From NCBI RefSeq assembly GCF_009914755.1, contig NC_060939.1: 64,000 bases of DNA. One strand, written 5' to 3'. Position 1 is the first letter of the stretch. Each line of letters opens with the position of its first letter. The translations under genes and the position numbers were made by a program. Source of the stretch: the human T2T-CHM13v2.0 reference genome, Homo sapiens. Below the pieces are notes generated by a model. That model was not told where the DNA came from. It saw only the letters and a list, made by a program, of their open reading frames with translations, and did not search any database. Shown in pieces: positions 42,721-58,837 of the stretch.

Positions 42721-44914
42721 ACAGAAGGGCACGTCACCCAGGAGGGGGGTACTCATCAGCATTATAGCTCTGATTTACTGCTCAGCTTGATGGACTGTGA
42801 GGAGGTGCAGAAAGGGACAGGGACAGGGGAGGGGAGGGAATGTCTTGTCTGGTGTAGAGCAGTCAGACAACCTGGCATCGACTCCTAGCTCCTCCTTCTC
42901 CCTCTGTGGCCCTGGGCAAATTACTTCATCTTTTCAGCTTTCCTTTGCTCCACTGCAAAATTCAGCTTGTGCAACCAACTCACAGGGCTGAAGATGAAAT
43001 GAGATATAGAAAGTACTTTGCACATAATAGGCGCTTAAAGAGTGAGCAGTTGCTCTCTCCAACTCACCCCTACATCCTCTCTGATAGAGAAGAGGTCTAT
43101 GCTGATTGGCATATGGTAGAAGGGAAGGTACCAGAGGTGGGGATTCATGTATCATAAAGGCATGGACCAGGAAAGAAAGGGGCTAGAAGTGGATGAGATG
43201 TCAAGACACAGAAAGGGGAGGAGAAATGAGAATAAGGAGCTCCCCTAGACTCAACTCATCTGGTTTCTTCCATTTTGCAGGGGGTGGTCCTAAGACCAGG
43301 GTCTCATAACCTGTGGCCCAGTCTCACCACCACCCTTTCCAGATGGTGGGTAGGGCTGATTCTTTGCTTACCTTCCTCCTACCTCATTCTAACCTTTTCA
43401 GGTGCATGACTTAAAGGTCTGAAGTTTCCCTGCAGGGAGATGACTGGTGGAAATATGCAAATGGTGAGCTTTATGGCAACTCAGGATCTTTAGGGTTAAG
43501 AAGAGAGCTGACAGTTGGCACAGAGGCCACCATGGTGACCTGACCCTTGCTCAGACACAGCCAACAGGCAGGAAGCAGAGAGCGTCTTAAGAGAAGGAGA
43601 AACAGATGTGTGTGCCCCAGAACAGCATGCTTCCCTTTCTTTTAAAGCCTTCACACGATGTCTTGAGCCTTTGATGGCAGAGCAAATTAAGATCTCAGTC
43701 TCACTAGGAAGGCTCACATCATATGGCTCTGGGGCAATTCTACCCCCATTTCCCTATCTCTCCATTGCCAGGAATTTCAGAGTCAGTGTTTCATCATTTA
43801 TGTAAGGGTTTAATCCCTATGAGAATTTTCATCTCCATTAAGCTGTGTTCTGGGCTTGGGTTAGTCAGTCTGGATTCAAATCCCAGCTCTACCATTTGTT
43901 AGTTGTTATATTCTGGGTTAAATATTTAAACTCTTCGAGCCTCACTTTCTGCCTTTGTAAAATAGGGACAGCGTTTTATACACACACACACGCACAGACA
44001 CACATATACATATATATGCTCGTTATTTCAAGGGTTAAACATGTACAGTGCTATTTGGATTTCTTATGAATATATTTCTTTAAAGCTACAAAAAGAGTGG
44101 GAGGAGTAAAGACTGAAGGGAATGGTTGAGATCGGGGATGGCTAATAGGTCTCACCTATGAATGTGGGTGGACTCAGAGGTGCCCCAGGTACACTGCATT
44201 GTCAGTTTGTGAAGAATCCCAAGGCAGCTGACTGCAGTCTTGGCAGACAGCATGTGACAGTGTGGAAATGTCTGCTCCAATGTGGGCAGGGTCCTGAAAG
44301 CATGTGCAAGCCACATTTGCCATCTCTGCTCTAGTTGCTTCCTGCCTGAAGGCAAAAAGACAGGCTGTGACTCTTGCAATTACCTGAGTAGAATTATAGA
44401 AGCCATTACCTGGGATCTTCAAAGGCTCCCACAGAGAGAGTAACTTAGCCTCTTAATTGAACACAGCCTCCCAGTATCATTCTGGAACGTTGGAGCTGTC
44501 CCCAGTCACAAGGCACAGCCTTCTTAATCTGATAATAGTGTACTCTCCAGGAGGGAGAAGAGAACTCCCTCTGTAGTAGCACCAGACACAGTGCAGTGAC
44601 ACACTGTGAACCAGAAAGATCTTGAAGATGGTTTCATCAGGGTGGGGTGAGTGTTGGGAACCCAGGGGTGGGTGGGACTTAAAGGAATCGAGCACCCCAG
44701 GGGAGCCTGAGCTCTAACTCCGTGGCTATTTTGGATATCAATTGCTGCTTTTGTGTGTTTCCCAGCTGGACGTCTGTGAGGCTTGCAGGTGTTTTACATT
44801 ATTAATCAGCTAGATCTTTTTTCTTCCTAATAATCTAGCCTCCTTCCATACCTGTGAAAGCCCTTTGAAAAACAGGCAGCAGTGCATACATTCAGTGTTT
44901 AATGGAAGGGGCAG

Positions 44915-45190
44915 GGCAGGGCCCACGTTTCCATTAAGCACAGCAGGCTTTGTGCCTGGGGCCCATAGGACTTTCAGGGGCCATGAATTTGTTTTAATTG
45001 TGGTTTCTTTTAAAATCAGAAGAATAAAATGAATATAATAATAATGATATAGAAGAATAAATCCAGCCTACATTATACTTGTCTTTGTACCAATGCAATC
45101 ATAAAATATAACTTTTAATATTTTGTTATGGCAGAAGGGGCCCCCAAAGGCAAAAGTGCCTAGGGCTGAGGGAAGTCATAATGCAGTCAG
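44915..45190. mobile_element. ORSL-like hAT-Tip100 non-autonomous element
   Basis: CAGGGCC..GTGCCTGGGGCCCA..TTTTAAAATCAGAAGAA..GGCAAAAGTGCCTAGGG..GTCATAATGCAG. Confidence 0.55.
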
Positions 45191-46074
45191 TCCTAAGCAT
45201 GGGATTGGAAAAGATTTGAAAGGGGTCTGAAGACAAAGCTGCGGTTCTACCTCAGGCCCTACTGACCCCATGACTTTGGGCAAATCATCCATTTGGGGTT
45301 GCAGTTTTCTCTGTGGTCCAGTGTCCTACAACTGCAGGAGAGGACTGAGTTCTTCCCTCCCCTCCTTTTCTCAGTCCTAGGCTCTAAGGAGATAATAGCT
45401 GTAAAGTGCTTGAACATGTGTAAACATGCAACAGGTATAATAAAGGTCAGAATCGTCAGAATCCTTATTATCTGGAGGGAAGATGGAGACCCGTATACTC
45501 CAGGAATGGATGGCTCCAGAGCGGGGGTGAATGTTGCCATGACACACTAACATCTACCAGGCAACCACCATCTGTCCCATTCCTAAGAAAAAAATCAGTT
45601 AGGAAGAGGCTGGATGAGTGAACTGGGCCTTTGGGGGGTTACGGGGGCTCCAGGGAAACTGGAGCCTTCAGAGAATCACACAGCTCTGGCCAGAGTGCTG
45701 AGCAGGCTTCTAGAATGACCCGGGGGAGGGAGGGAGAGGGGGGCCAGAGAGACACTAGGTGTGAGAGACATGGCCAACCTGCATGACCAGGAGCTTGTTC
45801 TACTCAGTGAGTACCTAAGCTGAGTTGAAGAACTGAAACAATCTGGAAATTAAGGGACTTTTCAAAAATAGGCTATGGGAGAGTTAGGGAATAGGACAAA
45901 GGAAAGTTTGATTATAATCTGCTGGTCTGCGGTGTGATGCAACTGCCTCCATCTCCCCAAGGCATCGCCATAAAATGAACATCACCACAGCTCTTGGGAG
46001 TTGAGTTCATGTTTTGGAGATGCCGCTAACAGCCAGCAAGTCTGGCATGTGTGCTGATAACCCACCTGCCTCAT

Positions 46075-46270
46075 GCTCTTCCGCTTCCTCCTTCTTTACT
46101 TCTCTTCTCCTTCCCTCCTCTCTCCCTTCAATTTCCCTTTCCCTTTTTTCTCCCCCTCTGGCCTTTCCTCTTTCTCCTCTTCCCCTCTCCCTCTCTCCCT
46201 CCTTTCCCTCTTTCTCTCTCTCTCACCTTCCCTCTCCCCTTCCCTCTCTTTTCCTCTTCTTCCTCTTCAC
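46075..46270. repeat. CT-rich polypyrimidine tract
   Basis: About 195 bp of almost pure C/T. Confidence 0.93.
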
Positions 46271-46700
46271 CTCTGGAAAGTGGAGAAAAGTGCGTCCATT
46301 GGAGGTTTCCCAACTGTGGGGACCCCAAGCTCACAGGGTTTGGAAGCCTCCTGAGGACAGCTGCATCACCATCCATCATCTTTTTGATGAATGGAGCTCT
46401 AAATGGCTTAGTCTGACTGTGATGCAACCCAGATTTTGCCAGTGGCATCAGTGATTTAAATATCATTGCTTTTCTTTTCCTTGTGCTTCTATAGGATGGA
46501 CTAGGTGTAGAGCAATGGAGGCAGTGCTTTCCCTCAGTCTGCGAGGACTGGGATCTAGGTGGCCATCCCCACCCAGCTGTGGAGCAGTCAGACAGCGGGA
46601 CCCTACCCTGCCAGCCTACAGGGGAGGGACAGCAGGCTGAGGCCTGCCAATACCAGCACCTTCATCTGTAGGGACAAACCAAGGACCTGGCCTGGCCTCA

Positions 46701-47119
<419 letters not shown>

Positions 47120-47555
47120 TCTAAGACTAGGGTGGAGTGGTGGGCTGGATAAAAGAAAGGGCTGGCCGAGCCCTCTCTACCTCTCAGACCTCCCCACCCC
47201 AGACCTCAAAGCTGCCGTAATTAAGAATCAAAGAAATGCACCTTCAAATAATCGAAGACCATTTTTTAACCTTATCAGATGGGCAAAATAGTAAAAGGTT
47301 TTGAAGAGTTGGCTACTAAACAGGTGCTCTCAAATCCTACTGGAAAAAAATCACACCAACTTTCTGAAGACACAATTTGGAAATACATAACCCAAAATAT
47401 ATTCTCGGACCCAGCAATTCCACTTTTGAGAATTTATCCTAAGAAATCACACATGCCATTCAGAATTACCCACCAAAATAATACCAGAATTATTACAACT
47501 AAAATTGTAATTTTGGTTATAATAGTGAAAAGTTTGAGACTTAGAGAAGTGGTTA

Positions 47556-47910
<355 letters not shown>

Positions 47911-48061
47911 TTAAAAATGATTATAGATATGGATTTACTGACATGGAAGATGTTCATGATATACTGCTAAAGTGAAAAAAGCTGGTTTCTGAACATTACC
48001 TATGTTATGATCCTAACACAGGATAAGGAAAAGAAAAAAAGAAAAGAGAAAAGAAATAAGC

Positions 48062-48570
48062 ATATCAGTTGTCTGTTGCTGTATAACAAATTACCCCCAA
48101 ACTTTTCACCTTAAAATAACAAATGTTACCTTATAGTTTCTGTGAGTCAGGAATTCAGAAGTGGCTTCTGGCTCATGGACCGTCCTGAGGTCGTCGTTAA
48201 AATGTCAGCTGTGGCTGCAGTCTCCTGAAGCTTGCCTGGGCTGGAGGGGCTGCTTCCAAGATGGCTCACTCACATGGCTGCGGGCAGGAGGCCTCAGTTT
48301 CTCACCACATGGACCTCTTGGTAGAACTACGTGAGTATTCTTGGGGCTTGGCAGCTGGCTTCCCGTAGAGCCAGTGATCCCAGAAAACAAGACAAAGATT
48401 GCAATGTCTTCCGTGACCTAGCCTCAGAAGTCACACTCTATCACTTCTGCAATATTTGATTCTATTGATTATACAAATTGGCCCTACTCAGTGTGGGAGG
48501 GGACTATACCACAGCATGAATACTAGGAGCCAGGGATCCTTGAGGGTCATCTTGGAGGCTGTCTACTGGA
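48062..48570 (-). mobile_element. MLT1 (F/H-like) LTR, antisense
   Basis: TTGCTGTATAACAAATTACCCCCAAAC..TCTGTGAGTCAGGAATTCAG..CTTCCAAGATGGCTCACTCACATGGCTG. Confidence 0.8.
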
Positions 48571-49000
48571 ATGTTTGTATTCATTCCTTCAATAAACAGT
48601 GTTTGAGCACCTACCAAGCAAGCATCAGATCCTCATGGTACCCTACTCGGGGTACATCCATAAAAAGAGAGACAAGATCCCTCTTCTCCTGGAGATTACC
48701 TTCCAGGGCAGTGGGAGGGGAGAGACACTAAAGAGGTAAGAATTGTAAACAGCGGTCAGTAACTGAAGGGTAGCATGAGGAAGGTGATGTCAGAGGAGCA
48801 GGCAGGGGCTGGGTGACAAGGAACCTTGCAGGCCATGCAGAGAGTTTAGATGTTATCCTAAGGATGATAGGGAGCCACTGAAGAGTCTCAAGCAGAACAA
48901 CGACGTGATCTGAGTTATATGTTTAAAAGATCACTATGGCTCAATGTGGAGAATGAATTCAGGGACAAATGTTGAAATAGAGGCCAGTTTGGAGTTTATA
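48570..49000 (-). mobile_element. L2
   Basis: CATTCCTTCAATAAACAGTGTTTGAGCACCTAC..GGGAGCCACTGAAG..TTTAAAAGATCACT. Confidence 0.75.
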
Positions 49001-49062
49001 AAAGTACTCTAGTGGCCATGGCTTGGATGACTACACAAGCAATCCTGGTGGCCATATATTTA

Positions 49063-49535
<473 letters not shown>

Positions 49536-51305
49536 ATATATATATATATAGTTTTTCTTTTTATTCTCCCACCCGTTGCCTAGCAGAGTGCTGGGCACAT
49601 GGTAAGCAGGTGGGAGGCCAAGTGAACACAGAGTATTGGATTGTTCGTTGAGAGACCATGTCCACTTTCACTGTGTGACAGTCACTCCCATTCTGTGCCT
49701 CAGTTTCCTCATTCATAAAATGTAGCAAGTGAATGAAGCCAGTGATATGCCATTTTTTCTTTTTCCTTTTCTTCGATTAGAATCAGCACCCTAATAGATA
49801 AACCAGATGAAAGAGAGTGCAGTGGCAGAAGCAGAAGGAGCCTCAGCCTCCTCCTTCTCCTCTGGCTGCATGATTTGAAGCCCGTTGAAAGGACTCCCCG
49901 CTGACCCTTCTGTCCTTGAATGCTCCACATGCCATGCATTTCATAAACAGTCAGGACCAGCCAATTGTTTTAATTTCTGCCAGGCCTTTCCTGCCGCCAC
50001 GTTGAAATGCTCTGTTCCATGTCCCTCCACCTGGCGGTATCTGGACATTCCATTGCACTCCGTTTTTTGCACACAGGGCTGCCCAGCTTGGGAATACTGC
50101 ACTGTCCCCCAAGGGGAGGGAGGCCCAGCACCTGGGCACTGCTGATGAGTTTTCACTCATATTTAATACGAGACTTGGGGCGCCCTAGGGAGGAAGAAGC
50201 TGCTTTGAGATCCCCCTCATAAGCTCTCCGATGAGTGGCTGCCTTTCCCTGAGCTCCTTGGATGAAAACTGTCAGGGGAGATTTCCTGGCTCAAATCCTT
50301 TACTCCCTCCACGACTGTGGCCCAGACACTCCCACACCCTCTCAGCAACCCTGATATCGTTTTCTTCCCAACCCAGTATTGCACTTGCTAGCCATGGACT
50401 TCAGGGTAATCTCACCCATCTGAGCCTTGGCACCCTCATCTCTAAATCGCGGATATCAACACCTACTATTCAGCCCGTCCACATCCGTGTAGGTATTCCA
50501 GTTGCTACAGTATTCAAATACATCCATACTGGTTGGTGAAAAGCCAGGACTCTAAGCCCCTGGGTTTCCCTCACCCCAAACACTCCAGCTTCCCCCTCTG
50601 AGGCCCACAGACATCCACAGAATCAGCAGCCTACAGGTCATGCCTGACCCGGGAGGAACCTGCAGATCCAGCTCTAGTGCTATAACCAAGGTCAGTTCTG
50701 ACAGGTTGGTGTCTAGGCCTCACTGGTTGTTAAATACTGTAGTATTACCCTTGACCATGGTGATGCAAGATTACGTACATGAGGCACCCAGCACTTCAGT
50801 TCCTGGAACACCAGAGGAAGAATAACTTTCATAATCCTCATACTTCACAGCATGGGGCCTCCCATGTTTGTTTTCCTGTTAAAGTCTAGCTGCGATTTAT
50901 CCTCCTTCACCTTTCCATTTCACCCTTTGTTTCCTTTACTGAGAGCTGAGATATTGAGGTTGGGACCTGGTTTGTGTGTGCTTTCTAAATGTTCTTAGGT
51001 TTCCATGTGGTTTTATGCCTATTTTGTTTGTGGGCTGACTTCAGAAGTGGTAAGGTGAAAAGAGGTGAGCCCATTTTGTAAAGAAGTGAGCGGTGCAGGA
51101 GGGGCTATTCCTAGCCATTTGTCTACACTGGCGCACACACAGCCCTGGGGTTCATCCCCCATTGTACGTTAAGCAGTCAAAACTGGCTGGCCCATTTCAC
51201 AGAAGCCCACCCTGCAGACTGAGAGAATCAGCTCTTTATTTGACTTGCTGAGCACTGTGGCCAAGTACACACTTTGAAGTTATATACTCCATGCTTCTCG
51301 GTGCC

Positions 51306-52107
<802 letters not shown>

Positions 52108-52599
52108 GAGCCTAACATGCTTATTGGCTCAGACTCAGTAAACAAGGATGAGTTAGGATACAGGAGCCGCTGCTACAGCAAAGACCCCAGATAGCAATAG
52201 ACAGCTTAAACACAATGGAAGTTTATTTCTATCTCATGTAAGAGTCTGAGCATAAGCAGTGAGGGCTGATAAGGTGGCTCCCAGGTGTCAGGGACCTGGC
52301 CTCCACCGTCACCTCAAATGAAGGTCAACCTTGTGGTTGACTGATTTAATATAGCAACCTGCCCCTCCCCTGCCCCCTGCACTGTATCTGTGCCCCAGTT
52401 CTTTCTTTTTCCCCATAGCACATCTTTTAATGTACAATATAGGTTGTTTGTATCATGTTTATTGTTTATTATATGTCTCCACCTGTTGGGCTGTAAACTC
52501 CACTGGGGCAGGGATTTTTGTCTTGCTTATTCACTAGTGTATCCCAAGTGCCTAGAATAGTTCCAGGCAAATGCCTGATGTGCAATAATAATTTTTTTT

Positions 52600-53190
<591 letters not shown>

Positions 53191-53229
53191 CTCTCTTTCT
53201 CTCTCTCTTTTTCTCTCTCTCTGCCCCCC

Positions 53230-53588
53230 CTCCATTCCACCTCTATTTCCTAATCTGATCTCTGAGAGGGACAGGAAAAGGCAGAACCAGGTTCAGAGTC
53301 CAGGCCTGTGACTCTCTTACTACCTACTTCTTGCTAGATCTCCCCTGCCCCCTGAAGTGGATTCCACCCTGCAGCACAGCCCTTCTGACTAATGGGAGCA
53401 GGGCAGAGGGCCAGTGAGCCTCTTTTGACCCTGATCCAGGGCCAGAGAGCATTGGAAGCAGAAGAGAATCTGAATTTCCTCATCCAACAAAATGAAAATG
53501 CCAACTCTGAAATCAAAAGTGATGAGAAGTAGAAAACCAAGTCTCAGAGCTCCTTGTCTGTACAGGCCATTTGGCTGACTGGCTGGGC
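53230..53588 (-). repeat. Inverted repeat arm A (copy of 58431-58789)
   Basis: Manual reverse-complement alignment: 31 mismatches in 359 bp, no indels. Confidence 0.97.
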
Positions 53589-54214
53589 ACACAATCAAGA
53601 GAGAGCGAGAGACACAGAAAGAGAGAAAGAGATTGATTGAATGAAGTTGTCTCACTACTTTTTGTACTGGCAGGCACAGGGCAAAGCCACAATGTAGCCC
53701 GCACTCTTTCCCTGTATGGCTATAACCCGGAAGCTGCAAACATTGTATCCACTCACATCTTGGTAGCCAAAATTAGTCACATGGTCACATTTGACTGCAA
53801 AGGACACAGGCTTTATTCTGAGTGCTATGTGACCAGGCAAGTTCAGCAAGTCTGCTAGTAAAGGAAATGGGGAGAATGGGTTTTGGAAGAAAAACTATGA
53901 GTCTCTAGTCAAAATGATGGTTGAATAAAGATTATGTATTTCTAATAAGCGCCTGGCGGAGTCCAATTCAGGGGGATAGGAGCACTGAAAAAAATCCACA
54001 TCAATTTCACAATGTGTCTAAGACAAAATTCAGAAAGAATATTCAATGTATTCATTTTACAGCTGAGAAAACTGAGACTAGAGGGTGAAATGACTTGCCC
54101 AAGGACACCTAACCAGAGAGAAATCTCGCGTGTCTAATTCCACACTGAATCTTCTTCCCTTCTAAGCACACCCCTTCTCCTGAAGGATGCGGCCCGTGAG
54201 AAGGACAATACTTC

Positions 54215-54372
54215 AGTCCAGGGATTTTCAGCATGAGGACTTCCAGCATCCGCATCATCTGTGAACTTCTTAGAAATGCAAATTCTCAGGCTCCCACCTA
54301 GACAGGGGAGAGGGGGCAGCAATGTGCATTTTAACAGGAATCCAGGTGATTCCCATGCGCCCTAAAGTTTGC
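54215..54372. mobile_element. MER5A MITE
   Basis: GCATCATCTGTGAACTTCTTAGAAATGCAAATTCTCAGGCTCCCACC..CAGGTGATTC. Confidence 0.8.
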
Positions 54373-55484
54373 TTTAGGCAAAAGATTGAACCTCTAATGG
54401 GGCAATTTTCAGAACTCACGGCAGCTTTAGGGATGTTCTTTTCTGTGACTCCTCAAACAGCGTGTCATGCTCTGGGAGATCATTTAGGGGCTGGGCAAGC
54501 AGAGGGCTACTAAGATGAACAGAAGGAACTGAGGCCACACATAGGTGCCTTCTACTGGAGGAAGTAGTTACTGTGGAGCCAGGAAGGCCCATGGCTTAGG
54601 CCCAGAGCAGCACCTAGTCTCATTCCTTAGCAACTCAGACTTAGACCCTTTCTTAGCCAGTGGTTGGCTGGGCTGTTCAACAATGTCAGCCTCTTTTTCT
54701 TCCAGTTTCTACAAACCAGCTTCTTTTCCCTCTAGACAGTGTCTGAAGATTTTCACTGCCCCTTTTCTCTTCTGTTTCTTTTATTTTTCCTTTTGCCTTT
54801 AAAAAATGCATCTGAAGGAGGAGAAACCTCCACTCTCCTGTTCAACCAAATGTTAGCAAACTAGAAATTAGACATTAGAAGAGGAAGGTGGCTTAAGTGT
54901 GGGGGCTCCTTTGAGATTTTGATCATCGGAATTTTCTTTACCCTTCCAGGCAAAGACAGCCCTCGATGGATTCCAATCCCAAATAACCCTGCTCCAGGCT
55001 CCAGGAAACTCATGCTGTTTGTCTTCCTTAGCCTTGGCTCTTGCTAACTCACTGCATGACTGTGGGCCAGTCCCCTAATCCCACTAACTCTTAGTTTCCC
55101 CAACTGTTAAACAAGGGAATTGAACAAAGTAAGTTAACTTTGTGTTTCTTAACGTTGACTATGGAAACCCTAGACATTTGGATAGCAGGCCACAGGGGAG
55201 CACCACCTACCCACCTCCTGGTGACAGCATACCTAGATTACAGATAAATTACCCAGGAAGGACACAATAGCCTGACAAACTCAACCCACAAACACGAGTG
55301 AGGAAATCCCTAATTTAAAGAAAACAGCATTGTTAGGAAGGTTTGTCCAGCATTTAATTTGTCTCTATCCTTATGACTTTGGAAAACTAGGTGAAAAAAG
55401 AATCCCTTTAAAAAATGGGCAGACAAGTTCAAGTGACATGTGCTCAGCTTACTGTGATGCATTAATCCATCCATTCATCCATTC

Positions 55485-55797
55485 TTTTCTCTTTTTTTCT
55501 TTCTTTTCTTTTTTGTTTTTTAACACTTGCTCTGTCACCTAGGCAAGAGTACAGTGTTGCGATCTTGGCTCACCACAACCTCCGCCTCCTGGGTTCAAGT
55601 GATTTTCCTGCCTCAGCCTCCTGAGTAGCTGGGATTATAGGCACCTGCCACCATGCCTTGCTAATTTTTGTATTTTTAGTAGAGACAGGGTTTTGCCATA
55701 TTGACCAGGCTGGTCTTGAACTCCTGACCTCAGGTAATCCACCTGCCTCGGCCTCCCAAAGTGCTGGGATTACAGGCGTGAGACACCACACCTGGCC
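55485..55797 (-). mobile_element. AluS
   Basis: Full dimer; TSD TCATCCATTC. Confidence 0.92.
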
Positions 55798-57034
55798 TCA
55801 TCCATTCATTTATTTTATATTTCATCTTCCAAGAATTATTTGAGGCACAAGTAACAATGCTAAAAGCTATTGCCTTGCTGCTGTAGGACAGAGTTGAGAG
55901 AGAGAGAAGAGGCAGAGGAGGGGCAAAAGAAGAGGAAAGAGAAGCAAGAATAACTGACAAGTTGCTAAGATAAAAAAGAGAAAGAAGGAAAATACTGTCC
56001 CTAGCAAAGTTTCATTTACTAAGCAAACAACGCTTGCTATTTTTCTTTGGCTCTGTTCTCAAAAGGCCTCTGCTGGGCATTATCGATTGGACAACCGGGC
56101 CACAGTCCTCCTGCCAGGCAGAATTCATCAAGGCAGCACCAGCACTTATAGGAGATGGGTTTTTTGGCCCTGATGGAGCAGGAGCCCAGCAGGTTGCTTG
56201 CAGGAGCCAGTTGGGACCTAAGTGTGCCCCAGGGAAAGGGGAAACTGCAGTAAGATGAGAGACACTAGGGTGGAGGGCTTACAGAAGTTGAGATTCACTT
56301 CCTCTCTGGGACCAGGATACTGCAGCCCTGTGACCAGGCTTCCTGCTCCCTGAGCTGGCTCTACAGCCCTGCACACAGATTGTTGGAAGGTCTTTTGATC
56401 AGCCAGTCACTCGATTAACCAATAGAGCCATCTTTATTGAGCAGTTCTCAAGGTACCCTGGGGAGGTGCTTGAACAATGCCCTCAAGGCCTTTGCTAGGG
56501 AGAAAATGTCATCACACAGTTTAAAAAGAGCCACTCTTGAAAGTGAATCAGTAACTTTAAACATTGAAGGAAGGAAAGAGGAACAGGGTGTTACTATCTG
56601 TGGCGACTGACTCTATTAGGAGAGCCGACCCAGTGGTAGGAAGCTAAATTCAAGGCTCCTAAAATTAAACTTTTGAAAAGTGAACCCTTCTTCTTCATGA
56701 AAAACAGAAGGCAATCGGCAGTGCAAGGCCATGCCTGGGAGTGAACCCTGCAAAAGACGGAGGAGGTGTTGCTTTAAGATTTCTGAAGAGGGAAAGCCCC
56801 CCTCAGCAGGGGTCCACGGGGGCCACTCAGGGAGAGGCAGAATGGAAGAGAAGATGAAGGATAGGGGAAGGGGTGGGAAACAGTCTCAGAAGAGGCTATG
56901 GCATAAGCAAAGGCAAGACCAGAAGTATAAAGCGTAGTTGGGGCCCAGAGTCATGAACTAGTGTGACTGGAGCCAAGCCTGCCCCACATTTTGGGCCTGG
57001 GAAGAGTCAGAAGGGCCCTGTGTGCAGAACCATG

Positions 57035-57270
57035 GAAATGCTAATAGCTCATATTTGTATGGTGCTTAATCTGTATATACAGTGTATTAACGAATGTAAT
57101 CCTCAGAATAGTTCCATGAGGCAGGTACCACTATTCTCCCCATTAGGCAGATAGGCAAACTGAGGTACAGAGAGACTTAAGTAACTAGCCCAAGGTCACC
57201 CAGCAAGTAAATGGTAGAACTGGAACGTGAACCCAGCAGTCTGCGTCGCAGGCCTTGTATCCTCAGCCAC
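57035..57270 (-). mobile_element. MIR
   Basis: AATCCTCAG..ATGAGGCAGGTAC..AAACTGAGG..TAACTAGCCCAAGGTCAC. Confidence 0.8.
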
Positions 57271-57533
57271 TAGGCTATCCTGTCTCCATCAGGATTATCA
57301 GGAAAGGGAGCCAGAGCATGAGGAAGGTGATGCTTGCTATTTGGGACTTGTTGCTTTGAGGTGGATGCATCTACCAGGCAATTGAGAGCAAGGGCTACCA
57401 CAGAGGGTGGGGTGCTTGAGAATGCTATGATACCTGCCCATACTCTTCCTGTCCTTGGGTAGGGCAGAGAGGGCATTTTGTTTTGTTTGTCAGTGAGCTG
57501 GTCTCCAGGACAAGGTTAAATATATATTAAAAT

Positions 57534-57535
<2 letters not shown>

Positions 57536-57580
<45 letters not shown>
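57536..57580. repeat. (CA)n microsatellite, about 22 perfect units
   Basis: Directly visible. Confidence 0.97.
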
Positions 57581-57584
<4 letters not shown>

Positions 57585-58430
57585 CGGCAGCATATCATCC
57601 ATTCTCTCTTGGCTAATACACAGGCAGAAGTCTTTATGCTGAGCTGATCAATGCCCAGTCAGGGCATTCTTTTCATACACACACACAAAAATCAATTAGT
57701 CAGTCTGAACCAACAAAGAGGAACAACAGGATGGCCCAACTGATGAAACCCACTTCTAAGAAAGCTTATACTGTGTAGTTATTCATTTAACCTTCAAAAT
57801 AACCCCATGAGGTAGATACTATTATTATGGTCATTTTTACACATTGACACATTCCCTGTGGACAAAAGTCTTTAAGATAAGATAAACATTTGTTGGTGGA
57901 AAGAGCCTGGGCTGAGAATCAGGACACATGGCTTGTAACTCCTACTTTGCAGCTTACAAGTGTGTGATGGGTCTCAGTCTTCTCATCTGTAAAATAGGAG
58001 CGGGGTTGGAGTGCAGAATCACTAAAGTTCCTTTCTGCTAAGGCTCTAGGATTCCAGTACTGTTCCCAGGACCTCATATTTTCATTGGCTTCCTGGACCC
58101 AGCCTGGCTGCTCAGCTCCTGCCCCCAGCTGTCCCTTTACTAGCAGGCACAGGCTATGGCTTCCATCCAAAGCTTTGCCTTCCCAACTTGCCCCAGGGCC
58201 TTCAGTGAGCATCTGTCATTTCTTCCTGCTTCTTGTTGTGAAGTTTGGGGGAAGAGTGGCACCCTGTGGGGCCTGGCCAAAAGGCCAGGTTCTTCCCCAT
58301 CTGGCTGAGGACAGGGAAGGAGTGTGGCAGATGGTGAGCAGAACTGTCCTTGCCCTAGACCCGGGGGGCCCATCACCTGCCACCCTCACTCTGGCTGCAG
58401 TCTTGCTTGGTTGGCAGCACCCACCCTGCA

Positions 58431-58789
58431 GCCCAGCTAGTCAGCCAAATGGCCTGTACAGACAAGGAGCTGTGAGACTTGGTTTTTTACTTCTCATTGC
58501 TTTTGTTTTCAGGGTTGGCAATTTCATTTTGCTGGATGAGGAAATTCAGATCCTCATCTGCTTCCAATGCTCTCTGACCCTGGATCAGGGTCAAAAGAGG
58601 CTCACTGGCCCTCTGCCCTGCTCCCACTAGTCAGAAGGTCTATGCTGCAGGGTGGAATCCACTTCAGGGAGCCAGGGAGATCTAGCAAGAGGTGGGTATT
58701 GAGATAGTCACAGGCTCGGACTCCGAACCTGGTTCTGCTTTTTCCTACCTCTCTTAGAGATCAGATTAGGAAATAGAGGTGGAATGGAG
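58431..58789 (+). repeat. Inverted repeat arm B (likely ancestral copy)
   Basis: Reverse complement of 53230-53588; continuous with apparently unique flanks. Confidence 0.97.
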
Positions 58790-58837
58790 TAGGTCACCTC
58801 TGGGTGGTCTTTTCAGATCTTAAACCTATTCCTGTAC

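Noticed and set aside
43455-43462. Octamer ATGCAAAT
   Set aside because: A single 8-mer is expected by chance in 64 kb; other copies lie within MER5A consensus sequence.
50020-50040. CTCF-like motifs (here, and ~29538-29555, ~62232-62248)
   Set aside because: Each mismatches core consensus positions; not supportable without ChIP data.
53230-58789. Large DNA transposon with 359-bp terminal inverted repeats
   Set aside because: No TSD, no transposase inside, and arm A sits in an Alu tail while the interior is ordinary old repeats continuous with the outside flank (the MLT1 spans arm A).
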